Shown: positions 1 through 9,744 of the stretch, in pieces
Position numbering within the stretch: position 1 is the stretch's first letter
Layout: each line of letters begins with the position of its first letter
From: Bacteroidales bacterium
GTDB taxonomy: Bacteria; Bacteroidota; Bacteroidia; Bacteroidales; UBA7960
Direction of reading: 5' to 3'
DNA: 50,859 nt
NCBI GenBank assembly: GCA_046261715.1
Contig: JBHEOF010000004.1
Span: 16,064-66,922, forward strand
Program-made: the position numbers and the translations under genes
Notes under the pieces: generated by a model
Seen by the model: the letters and a program-made list of their open reading frames with translations, nothing else
What the model was told of the DNA's origin: nothing
The model's database searches: none

Positions 1-1
1 T

Positions 2-1240
2 TGTATTCAGCTTCTTGGAGAAGATAAAAAATATGATTTTGTAATAACAGAAATTGGTGGTACGGTTGGCGATATTGAATCACTACCCTACGTGGAAGCC
101 ATAAGGCAACTTCGCTGGCAATTAGGAAACCGTTGTGTTGTGGTTCATCTCACTCTTGTACCTTACCTATCCGCAGCAAAAGAACTAAAAACCAAGCCCA
201 CACAGCACTCTGTAAAAACTATGCAGGAATATGGTGTGCAGCCCGATATTTTGGTTTGTCGCACTGAAAAACCCCTGAATGAAGGCATTAAAAACAAAAT
301 TGCACTTTTCTGTAATGTAAGTCCGGCTGCAGTTATTGAATCAATTGATACCGATAGTATTTATCGTGTTCCGCTATTAATGCGTGAAGAAAAGCTTGAT
401 CTTCAGGTATTGAAAAAAACGAAGATGTCTGCCAACTGTCTTCCTGAACTTCAGAAATGGGAAGAATTTATTGAAAGATTGCAGAACCCGGAAAAAACCG
501 TTAGAATTGCTCTGGTCGGTAAGTATGTTGAGCTCATGGATGCTTACAAATCCATTATTGAATCCCTTATACATGCCGGAACTTCTAACAGGTGTAAAGT
601 TGATCTGAAAATGATCCATTCAGAACACATTGAAAATGGAAACATTGAGAATCTCCTGGCAGGAGTTACAGGTATAATTGTTGCACCGGGCTTCGGTGAA
701 AGAGGTATTGAAGGAAAGATAACTGCTATTTCCTTTGCAAGAACAAGACGGATACCCTTCCTGGGTATATGTTTGGGAATGCAATGCGCAACCATTGAAT
801 TTGCACGGAATGTACTTTCACTTAACAAGGCTCATTCAACAGAAATGCTGCCCGAAACACCTCATCCGGTTATTGATATTATGGAAGAACAGAAAAAAAT
901 AACCCTCAAAGGAGGAACCATGAGGTTGGGAGCTTATGCCTGTAATCTTAAAAAAGGAACCAAAGCATATGAGATTTACGGAGAAGAGAAAATATCTGAA
1001 CGACACCGCCATCGTTATGAATTCAACAATAAATATCTTGAAATCTTTGAGAAAAATGGTATGATCTCTTCCGGGAAAAACCCTGATACCAACCTTGTTG
1101 AAATAATGGAGATTCCTGATCATCCTTGGTTCATAGGAGTACAGTTTCATCCCGAGTACAGAAGTACCGTGGCCAGCCCACATCCATTATTTGTAAACTT
1201 TGTTAAGGCTGCCAACGAATTCAATAACAGCAAAAACTAA
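2..1240 (+). CDS. pyrG: CTP synthase (5'-truncated by the window edge)
   Basis: Frame is open from base 2 (…VITEIGGTVGDIESLPYVEAIRQ); motifs KTKPTQHSV, GICLGMQ (GATase Cys), RHRHRYE and QFHPE. Confidence 0.98.
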   Translation, partial: CIQLLGEDKKYDFVITEIGGTVGDIESLPYVEAIRQLRWQLGNRCVVVHLTLVPYLSAAKELKTKPTQHSVKTMQEYGVQPDILVCRTEKPLNEGIKNKIALFCNVSPAAVIESIDTDSIYRVPLLMREEKLDLQVLKKTKMSANCLPELQKWEEFIERLQNPEKTVRIALVGKYVELMDAYKSIIESLIHAGTSNRCKVDLKMIHSEHIENGNIENLLAGVTGIIVAPGFGERGIEGKITAISFARTRRIPFLGICLGMQCATIEFARNVLSLNKAHSTEMLPETPHPVIDIMEEQKKITLKGGTMRLGAYACNLKKGTKAYEIYGEEKISERHRHRYEFNNKYLEIFEKNGMISSGKNPDTNLVEIMEIPDHPWFIGVQFHPEYRSTVASPHPLFVNFVKAANEFNNSKN

Positions 1241-1255
1241 TTGATGAACATTTTG

Positions 1256-1263
1256 TACTTTTG
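1256..1263 (+). promoter_or_regulatory. Bacteroidota sigma70 -7 element upstream of yidC
   Basis: TACTTTTG matches TAnnTTTG, ~80 nt before the yidC ATG. Confidence 0.55.
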
Positions 1264-1343
1264 CAGGATTATTTTCCGGGCGGTTGGCCGGTACTATCAA
1301 TTTACTTCATGAAATTTCTAACCCATCATAATTATCATTTATA

Positions 1344-3266
1344 ATGAACAGAGATAATATTATTGGTCTGCTCCTGATATTTGTTATATTAATCGGATTT
1401 AGTATACTCAATGCACCCAGCGAAGAGGAAAAGCTTGAGGCACAAAGACAAAGTGACAGTATAGCAGCAGTGAGGGCCGAAGAACAAAAAGCCAGAGAAG
1501 CCGCAGCCGCCATGGCCGAAGAAACCATTGCCACTGAAAAAGAAGAAATAGCTGCAATAGAAGATGACTCTCTGAGGCAAGATGTACTGAAGGACCGTAT
1601 GGGATACTTTGCAGGCTCTGCAACAGGAGAAGAAGAATTTTATACTGTTGAAAATGAATTATTGAAACTAACTTTTTCAAATAAAGGCGGATTTTTAACA
1701 TCGGTTGAGCTTAAAAAGCATAAAACATGGGATCAACGTCCTTTGGAACTGATTACCGGTGATAACAATGTTTTTAACCTGCAGTTTTATTCAGCCAACA
1801 GGCTAATATCAACAAACCAACTTTATTTCGTTCCAATCTTAAATGAAGTTACTCCGACCGACCAGGCCAATATCATGGTTTCACCCGACGGGGGTCTCAC
1901 ATTTTCCATGAGGCTTTATTCTGATAACCACACCGATGATAATCCAAAATATCTGGAATATGCCTATACTTTGAAATCGGACGATTACATGATCGATTTT
2001 AATATTAATACTGTAGGCATGAACGATGTAATTGCTACCAATATCAGTTACCTGAATCTGGATTGGGAAATGGATTTACATCGATTGGAGAAAAGCCGCA
2101 AGAATGAAATGAACGTTACCACGATCCATTACAAATTTCTTAATGATGAAGTGGAGAAACTAAGAGAAACGCGGGATGCAACAGAGAATATCACTACCAG
2201 CTTAAGATGGATATCCTTCAAGCAACAGTTTTTTTCAAGTGTTTTAATTGCAGATAATAATTTCAGCAGTGCCGTGGTTAGTACCCAGTCATATGAAGAA
2301 ACCAATGAAAATCTGCTGAAGAGAATGACGGCCACTATTGATATTCCTTACAACAGCAGGGAAAATAATAATATTCCCATGCACCTGTATTTCGGGCCCA
2401 ACCATTTCAATACATTAAAATCATATGACCTGGCACTGGAAGAACAAATACCCCTGGGCTGGGCTCTTTTTGGCTGGATCAACCGATATGCTGTTATCCC
2501 GGTATTCAATTACCTCGATAGTTTTAACCTGAATTACGGAATCATTATCCTTATTCTAACTTTGATGCTCAAGTTCGTTTTATTCCCTATTGCTTACAAA
2601 ACGTATCAGTCGCAAGCCAGGATGAGGGTGTTAAAACCGGAAATTGAAGAACTGAGCCAAAAATTTCCGAAAAAAGAAGATGCCATGAAAAAGCAACAGG
2701 CGCAAATGGCATTATACAAAAAAGCAGGGGTTAATCCCATGGCTGGTTGTGTGCCTATGCTTCTGCAGTTTCCTATATTGATCGCTATGTTCAGGTTCTT
2801 CCCCGCTTCTTTTGAATTAAGACAAGAAGGTTTTTTATGGGCCGATGACCTGTCTTCTTACGATTCTATTATCGATTTGCCGTTTACAATTCCTTTTTAT
2901 GGCGATCATGTGAGTCTCTTTACATTGCTCATGGCTGTTTCAACCGTTATTTATACCCATATGAACAGCCAGATGATGAGCACAGGTAACCAAATGCCAG
3001 GCATGAAAACCATGATGTATTTCATGCCGGTAATGTTACTATTTGTTTTTAACAGCTTTGCTTCAGGCCTGAGCTATTATTATTTCCTTGCCAACGTTAT
3101 TACTTTCGCGCAAATGTTTGCTTTTCGCTTTATGATAGATGAAGACAAAATCAGGCATAAGATTGAAGAGAACAAGAAAAAACCAGTTAAGAAATCAGGC
3201 TGGCAGAAAAGGCTGGAAGATATGGCTAAGCAACAGCAGCAACAGCAAAAACGCAGAAAGAAATAA
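1344..3266 (+). CDS. yidC: Membrane protein insertase YidC
   Basis: N-terminal TM, large periplasmic domain, then YGIIILILT…, GVNPMAGCVPMLLQFPILIAMF, FLWADDLS and GLSYYY motifs. Confidence 0.97.
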   Translation: MNRDNIIGLLLIFVILIGFSILNAPSEEEKLEAQRQSDSIAAVRAEEQKAREAAAAMAEETIATEKEEIAAIEDDSLRQDVLKDRMGYFAGSATGEEEFYTVENELLKLTFSNKGGFLTSVELKKHKTWDQRPLELITGDNNVFNLQFYSANRLISTNQLYFVPILNEVTPTDQANIMVSPDGGLTFSMRLYSDNHTDDNPKYLEYAYTLKSDDYMIDFNINTVGMNDVIATNISYLNLDWEMDLHRLEKSRKNEMNVTTIHYKFLNDEVEKLRETRDATENITTSLRWISFKQQFFSSVLIADNNFSSAVVSTQSYEETNENLLKRMTATIDIPYNSRENNNIPMHLYFGPNHFNTLKSYDLALEEQIPLGWALFGWINRYAVIPVFNYLDSFNLNYGIIILILTLMLKFVLFPIAYKTYQSQARMRVLKPEIEELSQKFPKKEDAMKKQQAQMALYKKAGVNPMAGCVPMLLQFPILIAMFRFFPASFELRQEGFLWADDLSSYDSIIDLPFTIPFYGDHVSLFTLLMAVSTVIYTHMNSQMMSTGNQMPGMKTMMYFMPVMLLFVFNSFASGLSYYYFLANVITFAQMFAFRFMIDEDKIRHKIEENKKKPVKKSGWQKRLEDMAKQQQQQQKRRKK

Positions 3267-3365
3267 TGGCTCTGCTCAAGACTAACTCTTGCAGGCAGAA
3301 CATAATCTTTTTTAAGGAAGAAGTTCAGGCATAGTTTTACAAAACTTTTGTCAAATATCTGAAAT

Positions 3366-4721
3366 ATGGAAAACGAAGCTTTGAATAACATTTCACCCGT
3401 AGATGGTAGATATCGCAAAACCACACAAACACTTCAGAAATATTTCAGTGAATCGGCCCTTATAAGGTACAGGGTATATGTCGAGATTAAATACCTGGTT
3501 GCTCTTATTAAACATGAACTTCCGGAGTTGAAAGATATTACAGATGCGGATATAGAAAAAATCGAAAATATTATTTCCGGTTTTTCGGAAAAAGATGTAC
3601 TCAGAATAAAAGAGATTGAAGGCACTACCAATCATGATATCAAAGCAGTAGAGTATTTTTTAAAAGAAAAGTTTGAAAGCATTGGCCTTGGTAATTATAA
3701 GGAATTTGTTCATTTCGGACTGACATCGCAGGATATTAACAACACAGCCATACCTCTCTCATTAAAGGAAGGCATACTTGAAGTTATAGTTCCTGCCCTT
3801 GATGAACTGCTGGCCCGTTTAAAGGAAATGTCGAAACAATGGCTTGAAGTTCCAATGCTGGCACACACCCATGGGCAGCCTGCTTCTCCTACTACGGTGG
3901 GAAAAGAAATTTATGTATTCCATTACAGGCTTGAAAGGCAGATCAACCAGTTACTTGCTCTGCCTTTCCCGGCAAAATTCGGAGGGGCAACCGGAAATTT
4001 CAATGCACACAAAGCAGCCTATCCTGAAATTAACTGGAATGAATTTGCCGATTTCTTCGTAAACAAAACCCTGAAGCTGCAAAGATCTGAAGTAACCACC
4101 CAGATTGAGCATTATGATTTCCTGGCTTCCATATTTGACGGCTTAAAAAGGATCTGTACCATCATTATTGATTTGAACCGCGATGCCTGGTCTTATATTT
4201 CAATGAATTACTTCAAACAAAAAATAAAAGAAGGAGAAGTAGGTTCATCAGCCATGCCCCATAAGGTAAACCCTATTGATTTTGAAAATTCAGAAGGTAA
4301 TGCCGGTATAGCCATAGCCCTTTTTGAACACCTGGCTGCAAAACTTCCTGTATCGCGTTTGCAAAGAGACCTTACCGACTCAACAGTTCTCAGAATTATT
4401 GGTGTTCCGCTGGCTCATATGCTCATAACCTTAAAATCAACTCTTCGGGGGCTTGATAAACTTTTGATCAATGAAGAAGCAATTAACCACGACCTTGAAA
4501 ACAACTGGATGGTTGTGGCAGAAGCCATTCAAACCGTATTGCGGAGAATAAAATATCCGCAACCTTATGAAAAGCTCAAAGAACTTACACGCACCCACCA
4601 GGTGATAAACCAGGAAGTTATTCACGATTTCATTAATTCACTGGAGATAGATCAGGAAATAAAAGATGAATTACTAAAAATTTCACCTTTCAATTATACC
4701 GGAATCTTACCAAAGATATAA
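3366..4721 (+). CDS. purB: Adenylosuccinate lyase
   Basis: ISPVDGRY, TNHDIKAVEY, HFGLTSQDIN and the fumarase-superfamily signature GSSAMPHKVNPIDFENSEGN. Confidence 0.98.
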   Translation: MENEALNNISPVDGRYRKTTQTLQKYFSESALIRYRVYVEIKYLVALIKHELPELKDITDADIEKIENIISGFSEKDVLRIKEIEGTTNHDIKAVEYFLKEKFESIGLGNYKEFVHFGLTSQDINNTAIPLSLKEGILEVIVPALDELLARLKEMSKQWLEVPMLAHTHGQPASPTTVGKEIYVFHYRLERQINQLLALPFPAKFGGATGNFNAHKAAYPEINWNEFADFFVNKTLKLQRSEVTTQIEHYDFLASIFDGLKRICTIIIDLNRDAWSYISMNYFKQKIKEGEVGSSAMPHKVNPIDFENSEGNAGIAIALFEHLAAKLPVSRLQRDLTDSTVLRIIGVPLAHMLITLKSTLRGLDKLLINEEAINHDLENNWMVVAEAIQTVLRRIKYPQPYEKLKELTRTHQVINQEVIHDFINSLEIDQEIKDELLKISPFNYTGILPKI

Positions 4722-4762
4722 TCTTATGAAAAGGTACGAATACCTAATTATAAATCTCAGGA

Positions 4763-6586
4763 ATGGATAAATACAAAAAAATTCTCAATTATATCTTTCC
4801 CTATAAAACAAAGGTATTCCTGAATGTATCTTTTAATTTTCTGAGTGTTGTTTTCAACGTGTTTTCCGTTACCATGATCATACCGGTGCTCGGCATATTA
4901 TTTGAAACCCAGCCCAGGGTTACTGAACGCATTCCATTTGAACTTACTTCCGAAGCATTGCAAAACAACTTTTACTACCTGATCAGTCAATTGATAATGC
5001 GCTTTGGCAGTGTTCAGACACTTGTTTATATTGGATTATTTGCCATTTTAATGAGTTTTTTTAAAAATTTATTTCGGTACCTGGCCATGTATCATCTTGC
5101 CTGGTTAAGAAATACGGTGGTAAAAGATATCCGCAATGATTTGTACATTAAGTCACTCCAGTTACCCCTGGCCTATCATTCCAATGAAAAAAAGGGAGAT
5201 CTCATTAGCAGGATGACAAGTGATGTGCAGCAAATTGAGCATAGTATCATCAGCTCTCTTGAAATGATATTCAGAGAGCCGATTACCATACTGGTTTATC
5301 TGATTACTTTGCTGCTTATAAGCACCCAACTCACTCTTGTAGTATTTATTCTGCTGCCTTTGAGTGGATTAATTATCGGGCGGATAGGAAAAACATTACG
5401 GGCAACTGCATTAAAAGGGCAGAACAAACTGGGTGTAATTTTGTCGGTGCTGGAAGAAACCCTCACAGGTATTAGGGTTATAAAGGCCTTTAATGCGGAA
5501 AAAAAGATGAAAGATCGTTTTTACAGTCTTAATAGTTTTTATACCCGCATTATGACCAAAATGTTCCGCAAACATTACCTTGCTTCGCCTGTAAGTGAAT
5601 TCCTGGGTACTGCTGTAGTGGTAATAATAATATGGTATGGCGGCTCGCTGGTATTGAGTGCTGAAGGCAGCCTAACACCCCAGGGATTTATTGCATATCT
5701 GCTGATTTTTGCACAAATTATCAATCCCGCAAAATCTTTCTCTACAGCATACTATAATGTACTGAAAGGAATGGCATCAACTGATCGCATAGATAACATA
5801 ATGAAGGCCAGTGTAAGTATTGATGATCATCCGGGTTCTGTCGAAATAAAAGAATTTTCAAACAGCATTGAATTTCGTAATGTTTGCTTTCGTTATGAGC
5901 GTGACATGGTGCTTGATAACATAAATCTCACCATCCCCAAGGGCAAAACAATTGCACTCGTAGGCCAGTCGGGTGCAGGAAAATCAACACTTGTTGATTT
6001 GATGCCACGGTTTTATGAGGCTACATCCGGTGAAATTCTTGTTGATGGAATTAATATAAAGGATATACAAATTAAAAGCTTACGCGCACTCATGGGCAAC
6101 GTAAGCCAGGAAGCTATACTTTTCAATGATAATTTTTTCAATAATATTGCTTTCGGTGAATACAAAATCCCGGAAGAAGATGTTATTCGTGCTGCTAAGA
6201 TTGCTAATGCGCATGAATTCATTGAAAAATATCCGTTGGGTTATTACACCAACATCGGAGACAGAGGCAATAAATTATCCGGTGGCCAGCGACAAAGATT
6301 AAGCATTGCCCGTGCAGTATTAAAAAATCCACCATTACTGATACTTGATGAAGCAACTTCTGCACTGGATACCGAATCAGAAAAACTGGTGCAGGAAGCA
6401 TTAAGCAACGTTATGAAAAACAGAACATCGGTGGTTATCGCTCACAGGCTGTCAACCGTCATTAACGCCGATCTTATTTGTGTGATGCATGAAGGGAAAA
6501 TCGTTGAGCGGGGAAGTCATGAAGAATTAATTCAAAAAAACGGTTATTATAAAAAACTTCATAGTTTGCAAATGTTTGCTGAATAA
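4763..6586 (+). CDS. ABC exporter, fused TMD-NBD (MsbA-like)
   Basis: About 6 TM segments, Walker A GQSGAGKS, signature LSGGQRQR, Walker B LILDEATSALD, IAHRLST. Confidence 0.92.
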   Translation: MDKYKKILNYIFPYKTKVFLNVSFNFLSVVFNVFSVTMIIPVLGILFETQPRVTERIPFELTSEALQNNFYYLISQLIMRFGSVQTLVYIGLFAILMSFFKNLFRYLAMYHLAWLRNTVVKDIRNDLYIKSLQLPLAYHSNEKKGDLISRMTSDVQQIEHSIISSLEMIFREPITILVYLITLLLISTQLTLVVFILLPLSGLIIGRIGKTLRATALKGQNKLGVILSVLEETLTGIRVIKAFNAEKKMKDRFYSLNSFYTRIMTKMFRKHYLASPVSEFLGTAVVVIIIWYGGSLVLSAEGSLTPQGFIAYLLIFAQIINPAKSFSTAYYNVLKGMASTDRIDNIMKASVSIDDHPGSVEIKEFSNSIEFRNVCFRYERDMVLDNINLTIPKGKTIALVGQSGAGKSTLVDLMPRFYEATSGEILVDGINIKDIQIKSLRALMGNVSQEAILFNDNFFNNIAFGEYKIPEEDVIRAAKIANAHEFIEKYPLGYYTNIGDRGNKLSGGQRQRLSIARAVLKNPPLLILDEATSALDTESEKLVQEALSNVMKNRTSVVIAHRLSTVINADLICVMHEGKIVERGSHEELIQKNGYYKKLHSLQMFAE

Positions 6587-6594
6587 GTGAGTGG

Positions 6595-6620
6595 TTTGAT
6601 ATAAGAATTGTTTAATTTTG
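6595..6620 (+). promoter_or_regulatory. Bacteroidota sigma70 promoter (-33 TTTG / -7 TAATTTTG)
   Basis: TTTG at 6595-6598 and TAATTTTG at 6613-6620, upstream of the ORF at 6676. Confidence 0.55.
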
Positions 6621-6675
6621 CCGTTGCCTTTAAAACAGATTAAAAATCATATTACAACAATCAAAACATTCTAAG

Positions 6676-7260
6676 ATGGATTTAAGCAAGATTTTGGCAA
6701 TTTCGGGAAAAAGCGGACTCTTTAAGATCATTAGCCAGACAAGGGGCGGACTTATTGTTGAATCCTTAAGTGATGGTAAAAAAATACCTGTATTTGGAGC
6801 ACATCGTTCTTCTGTACTGGATGATATCAGCATGTTTACTTACACTGAAGATGTTCCGTTAAAGAAAGTATTATGGAGCATTTACCAGAAAGAAGATGGT
6901 AAGGAAATCAGTATTGATATCAAATCAGATGGAAATGTACTGTTTGATTACTTTGAAAGCGTTCTGCCTGATTTTGATCGCGACAGGGTATATGCTTCCG
7001 ATATTAAAAAAGTTCTTGCCTGGTATAATCAGCTTCTTGAGCACGACATGATAAGCGAGCCAAAAGATGATGATGAAGAACAAAAAGAAGAACCGGTCAA
7101 TGAAAATGAGAAACAAGCCAAACCGGAAAATGTAGAAGGGAAGAAAGCCGGTAAAAAACCAGTGGCACAAAGAAATGCTGAAGCATCCAAAAAAGCAAAA
7201 CCAGGTAAAGCAGAGGGAGCTAAAAAAACTCCGACCATCAGAAAAACAAAAAAAGGCTAA
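6676..7260 (+). CDS. Conserved Bacteroidota protein (DUF5606-like) with a charged low-complexity C-terminal tail
   Basis: N-terminus ILAISGKSGLFK…GLIVESL and LPDFDRDRVYASDIKKVLAWYN match my recollection of this family; the tail is acidic, then K/A-rich. Confidence 0.8.
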   Translation: MDLSKILAISGKSGLFKIISQTRGGLIVESLSDGKKIPVFGAHRSSVLDDISMFTYTEDVPLKKVLWSIYQKEDGKEISIDIKSDGNVLFDYFESVLPDFDRDRVYASDIKKVLAWYNQLLEHDMISEPKDDDEEQKEEPVNENEKQAKPENVEGKKAGKKPVAQRNAEASKKAKPGKAEGAKKTPTIRKTKKG

Positions 7261-7294
7261 ACGGCATTTGATTTTGTAAAAATAAAAAAACTGT

Positions 7295-8338
7295 ATGTAC
7301 AGATCCATAATACGCCCTTTGCTGTTTTTGTTTCCACCGGAAACAGTTCATCATTGGGTGGTTGGCGGTCTGCATACAGCATTTAGCATTCCGGGTATAA
7401 AAAAGCTGGTTCACAAAAACTACAAAATTGACGATCCCGGGTTGGAAACCGAGCTTTTTGGTATAAAATTTCCTAACAAAGTTGGTATGGCAGCCGGTTT
7501 CGATAAACAGGCAAACATCTATAACCACCTCTCTTCTTTCGGCTTTGGTCATATTGAAATAGGCACTGTTAACCCTCTCCCCCAACCCGGCAATCCAAAA
7601 CCCAGGCTTTTCAGACTAAAAAAAGACAAAGCACTCATAAACCGCATGGGCTTTAATAATCCCGGTGTAGATGTTTTTGTGCATAACTTAAAAAGAAACA
7701 AACCCAATACAATAATTGGAGGAAATATTGGAAAAAATACTCTTACACCTAACGAGGAAGCAATAGATGATTACCTGTATTGCTTCCAGAAGCTTTTTGA
7801 CCTTGTCGATTATTTTGTCATCAATGTTAGCTGCCCCAATATTGAAGGATTAAGCAAGCTGCAGGATAAGGACGAACTGATACATATCATTGAAAGGATC
7901 AATGCTGACAATAATGCAAGGCCCAAACGAAAACCCGTTCTGCTAAAAATTGCCCCCGACCTGAATGAAGCACAACTGGATGATGTTTTATTTGTAATTG
8001 AAAAAACAAATACCGACGGTATTATAGCCACCAATACCACTACCACACGCGACTCGCTAACTGCTGATGCCGGTCTCATTAAAAAAATCGGTAAAGGTGG
8101 GTTAAGCGGCAAACCCCTCAGAAAGAAAGCAACTGAAACCATAAGATACCTGGTACAAAAATCAGATGGAAAAATACCGGTTATTGGGGTGGGAGGAATT
8201 ATGACTCCTGAAGATGCTATTGAAAAACTCAATGCCGGAGCCAGTCTTATACAGCTGTATACAGGGTTTATTTACTATGGTCCTGCACTGGTTCGCGATA
8301 TTAATAAGAAAATACTCAAAAAAAGCCAGGTTAACTGA
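7295..8338 (+). CDS. pyrD: Quinone-dependent dihydroorotate dehydrogenase (class 2)
   Basis: GMAAGFDK, GNPKPRLFRL, INRMGFNN, NIGKN, NVSCPN, KIAPD, TNTT, GGLSG and GVGGI motifs. Confidence 0.97.
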   Translation: MYRSIIRPLLFLFPPETVHHWVVGGLHTAFSIPGIKKLVHKNYKIDDPGLETELFGIKFPNKVGMAAGFDKQANIYNHLSSFGFGHIEIGTVNPLPQPGNPKPRLFRLKKDKALINRMGFNNPGVDVFVHNLKRNKPNTIIGGNIGKNTLTPNEEAIDDYLYCFQKLFDLVDYFVINVSCPNIEGLSKLQDKDELIHIIERINADNNARPKRKPVLLKIAPDLNEAQLDDVLFVIEKTNTDGIIATNTTTTRDSLTADAGLIKKIGKGGLSGKPLRKKATETIRYLVQKSDGKIPVIGVGGIMTPEDAIEKLNAGASLIQLYTGFIYYGPALVRDINKKILKKSQVN

Positions 8339-8439
8339 TAGTTTTATCTCCCTTTTTCTTACATTTAAAAATCCTTAAACCGGCCATTTTCAAACAATTG
8401 CCTGTACTTTTTTGTCGTTCTTGTGAACAACATTACGAT

Positions 8440-9681
8440 ATGCTAAAATACATTTTCGCAATATTTTTTCTTTTATTTTCGGGATTCATTAGTTCGGGAA
8501 AAGCGATAGAATATGAAGATACTATTCAGGGGTTCAGGTTTGACCGAAACCAAAGATCCGTGAGAATTCCTGCCAGGATCAGTAACAAACTGGCAGTTAT
8601 ACCTATTCAAATAAACGATTCTCCTCCACTACTTTTCATCCTTGATACAGGGGTAAATACAACCATCTTAACGGAGCCGGCAATTGCCAGTTTTTTTGAT
8701 TTTCCGGTTGATGAGAAGGTATATGTGCTCGGACTGGGAAATGAGGGTATAATTGAAGCAGGTATGTCGAAAGGACTTACATTTAATATGCGCGGAATTA
8801 CAGGTCATAACATGAATCTGATCATTATACCTGAAGGGGTGCTAACTTTTTCAGAATATTTTGGATTTCCTGTTCATGGAATCATTGGAAATGACCTATT
8901 CAGCCAGTTTCCTGTAAAGATCAATTACAGAACCAATACTATAAGAATATACAGAGAACCTACCTACAGAATTCGCCGCCGAAGTCATATTATTCCCCTC
9001 GAGCTGGAAAACAGCAAACCCTATATTGATGTCTTTATTGAGGGTGACAGTGATACCAGGCAAGACACTCTGCAATTGCTGGTAGATATGGGTGCTACTA
9101 ATCCGGTTTTTCTTAACAGTTCATATAAAGGACTTACCGAACAGCGTATTCCGGCTTTCCTAGGAAAGGGCATAAGTGGTGAACTGGAGGGCGAAATGGG
9201 CAGGTTACAAAAAATCACTATCGGAGAAATAGAGATTAAAGAACCACTTGTTGCCTATCCGGCTAACGATTTCATGGAAACATCAAATATCAGTTTTCAG
9301 TGGGAAGGAATTCTTGGAGCAGGTATATTGAGTCGCTTCCATGTAATTATTGACTATCCTTCTTCAAGGCTCCTTTTACGTAAGAATCTGGATTTTAAAA
9401 AAGACTTCCATTCAAACCTGAGCGGAATGGATATCATTGCCAAAGGGATGAAATTTAATGAATTTGTGGTAAATCATGTAAGAAAGAATTCTGTGGCTTT
9501 TGAAGCAGGCATCAAAAAGGGTGACAAACTGTTATCTGTTAACAGAAATCCCCTAACCGGTATGAACATTGATGAAGTCGTTGGTCTTTTTAATCAATCA
9601 CCTGGAACAATACTCCATTTGCAACTCCAGCGTGATAACAAGATATATCGGCAAACCATTCGCCTGAGAGAGGATATTTAA
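8440..9681 (+). CDS. Exported twin-domain retropepsin-like aspartyl protease with a C-terminal PDZ domain
   Basis: Signal peptide from ATG 8440; FILDTG…GIIGND and LLVDMG…GILGAG lobes; PDZ (SGMDI…SVAFEAGIKKGDKLLSVN). Confidence 0.8.
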   Translation: MLKYIFAIFFLLFSGFISSGKAIEYEDTIQGFRFDRNQRSVRIPARISNKLAVIPIQINDSPPLLFILDTGVNTTILTEPAIASFFDFPVDEKVYVLGLGNEGIIEAGMSKGLTFNMRGITGHNMNLIIIPEGVLTFSEYFGFPVHGIIGNDLFSQFPVKINYRTNTIRIYREPTYRIRRRSHIIPLELENSKPYIDVFIEGDSDTRQDTLQLLVDMGATNPVFLNSSYKGLTEQRIPAFLGKGISGELEGEMGRLQKITIGEIEIKEPLVAYPANDFMETSNISFQWEGILGAGILSRFHVIIDYPSSRLLLRKNLDFKKDFHSNLSGMDIIAKGMKFNEFVVNHVRKNSVAFEAGIKKGDKLLSVNRNPLTGMNIDEVVGLFNQSPGTILHLQLQRDNKIYRQTIRLREDI

Positions 9682-9744
9682 AATATTTGAAACCTATCCT
9701 TCAGCTTTCTTTCAAGAATTAAGCTTTCTGATATTACAACTGAC

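Noticed and set aside
3231-3248. Poly-Gln run at the YidC C-terminus
   Set aside because: Six mixed CAA/CAG codons in a charged tail; in frame and not a phase-variation tract.
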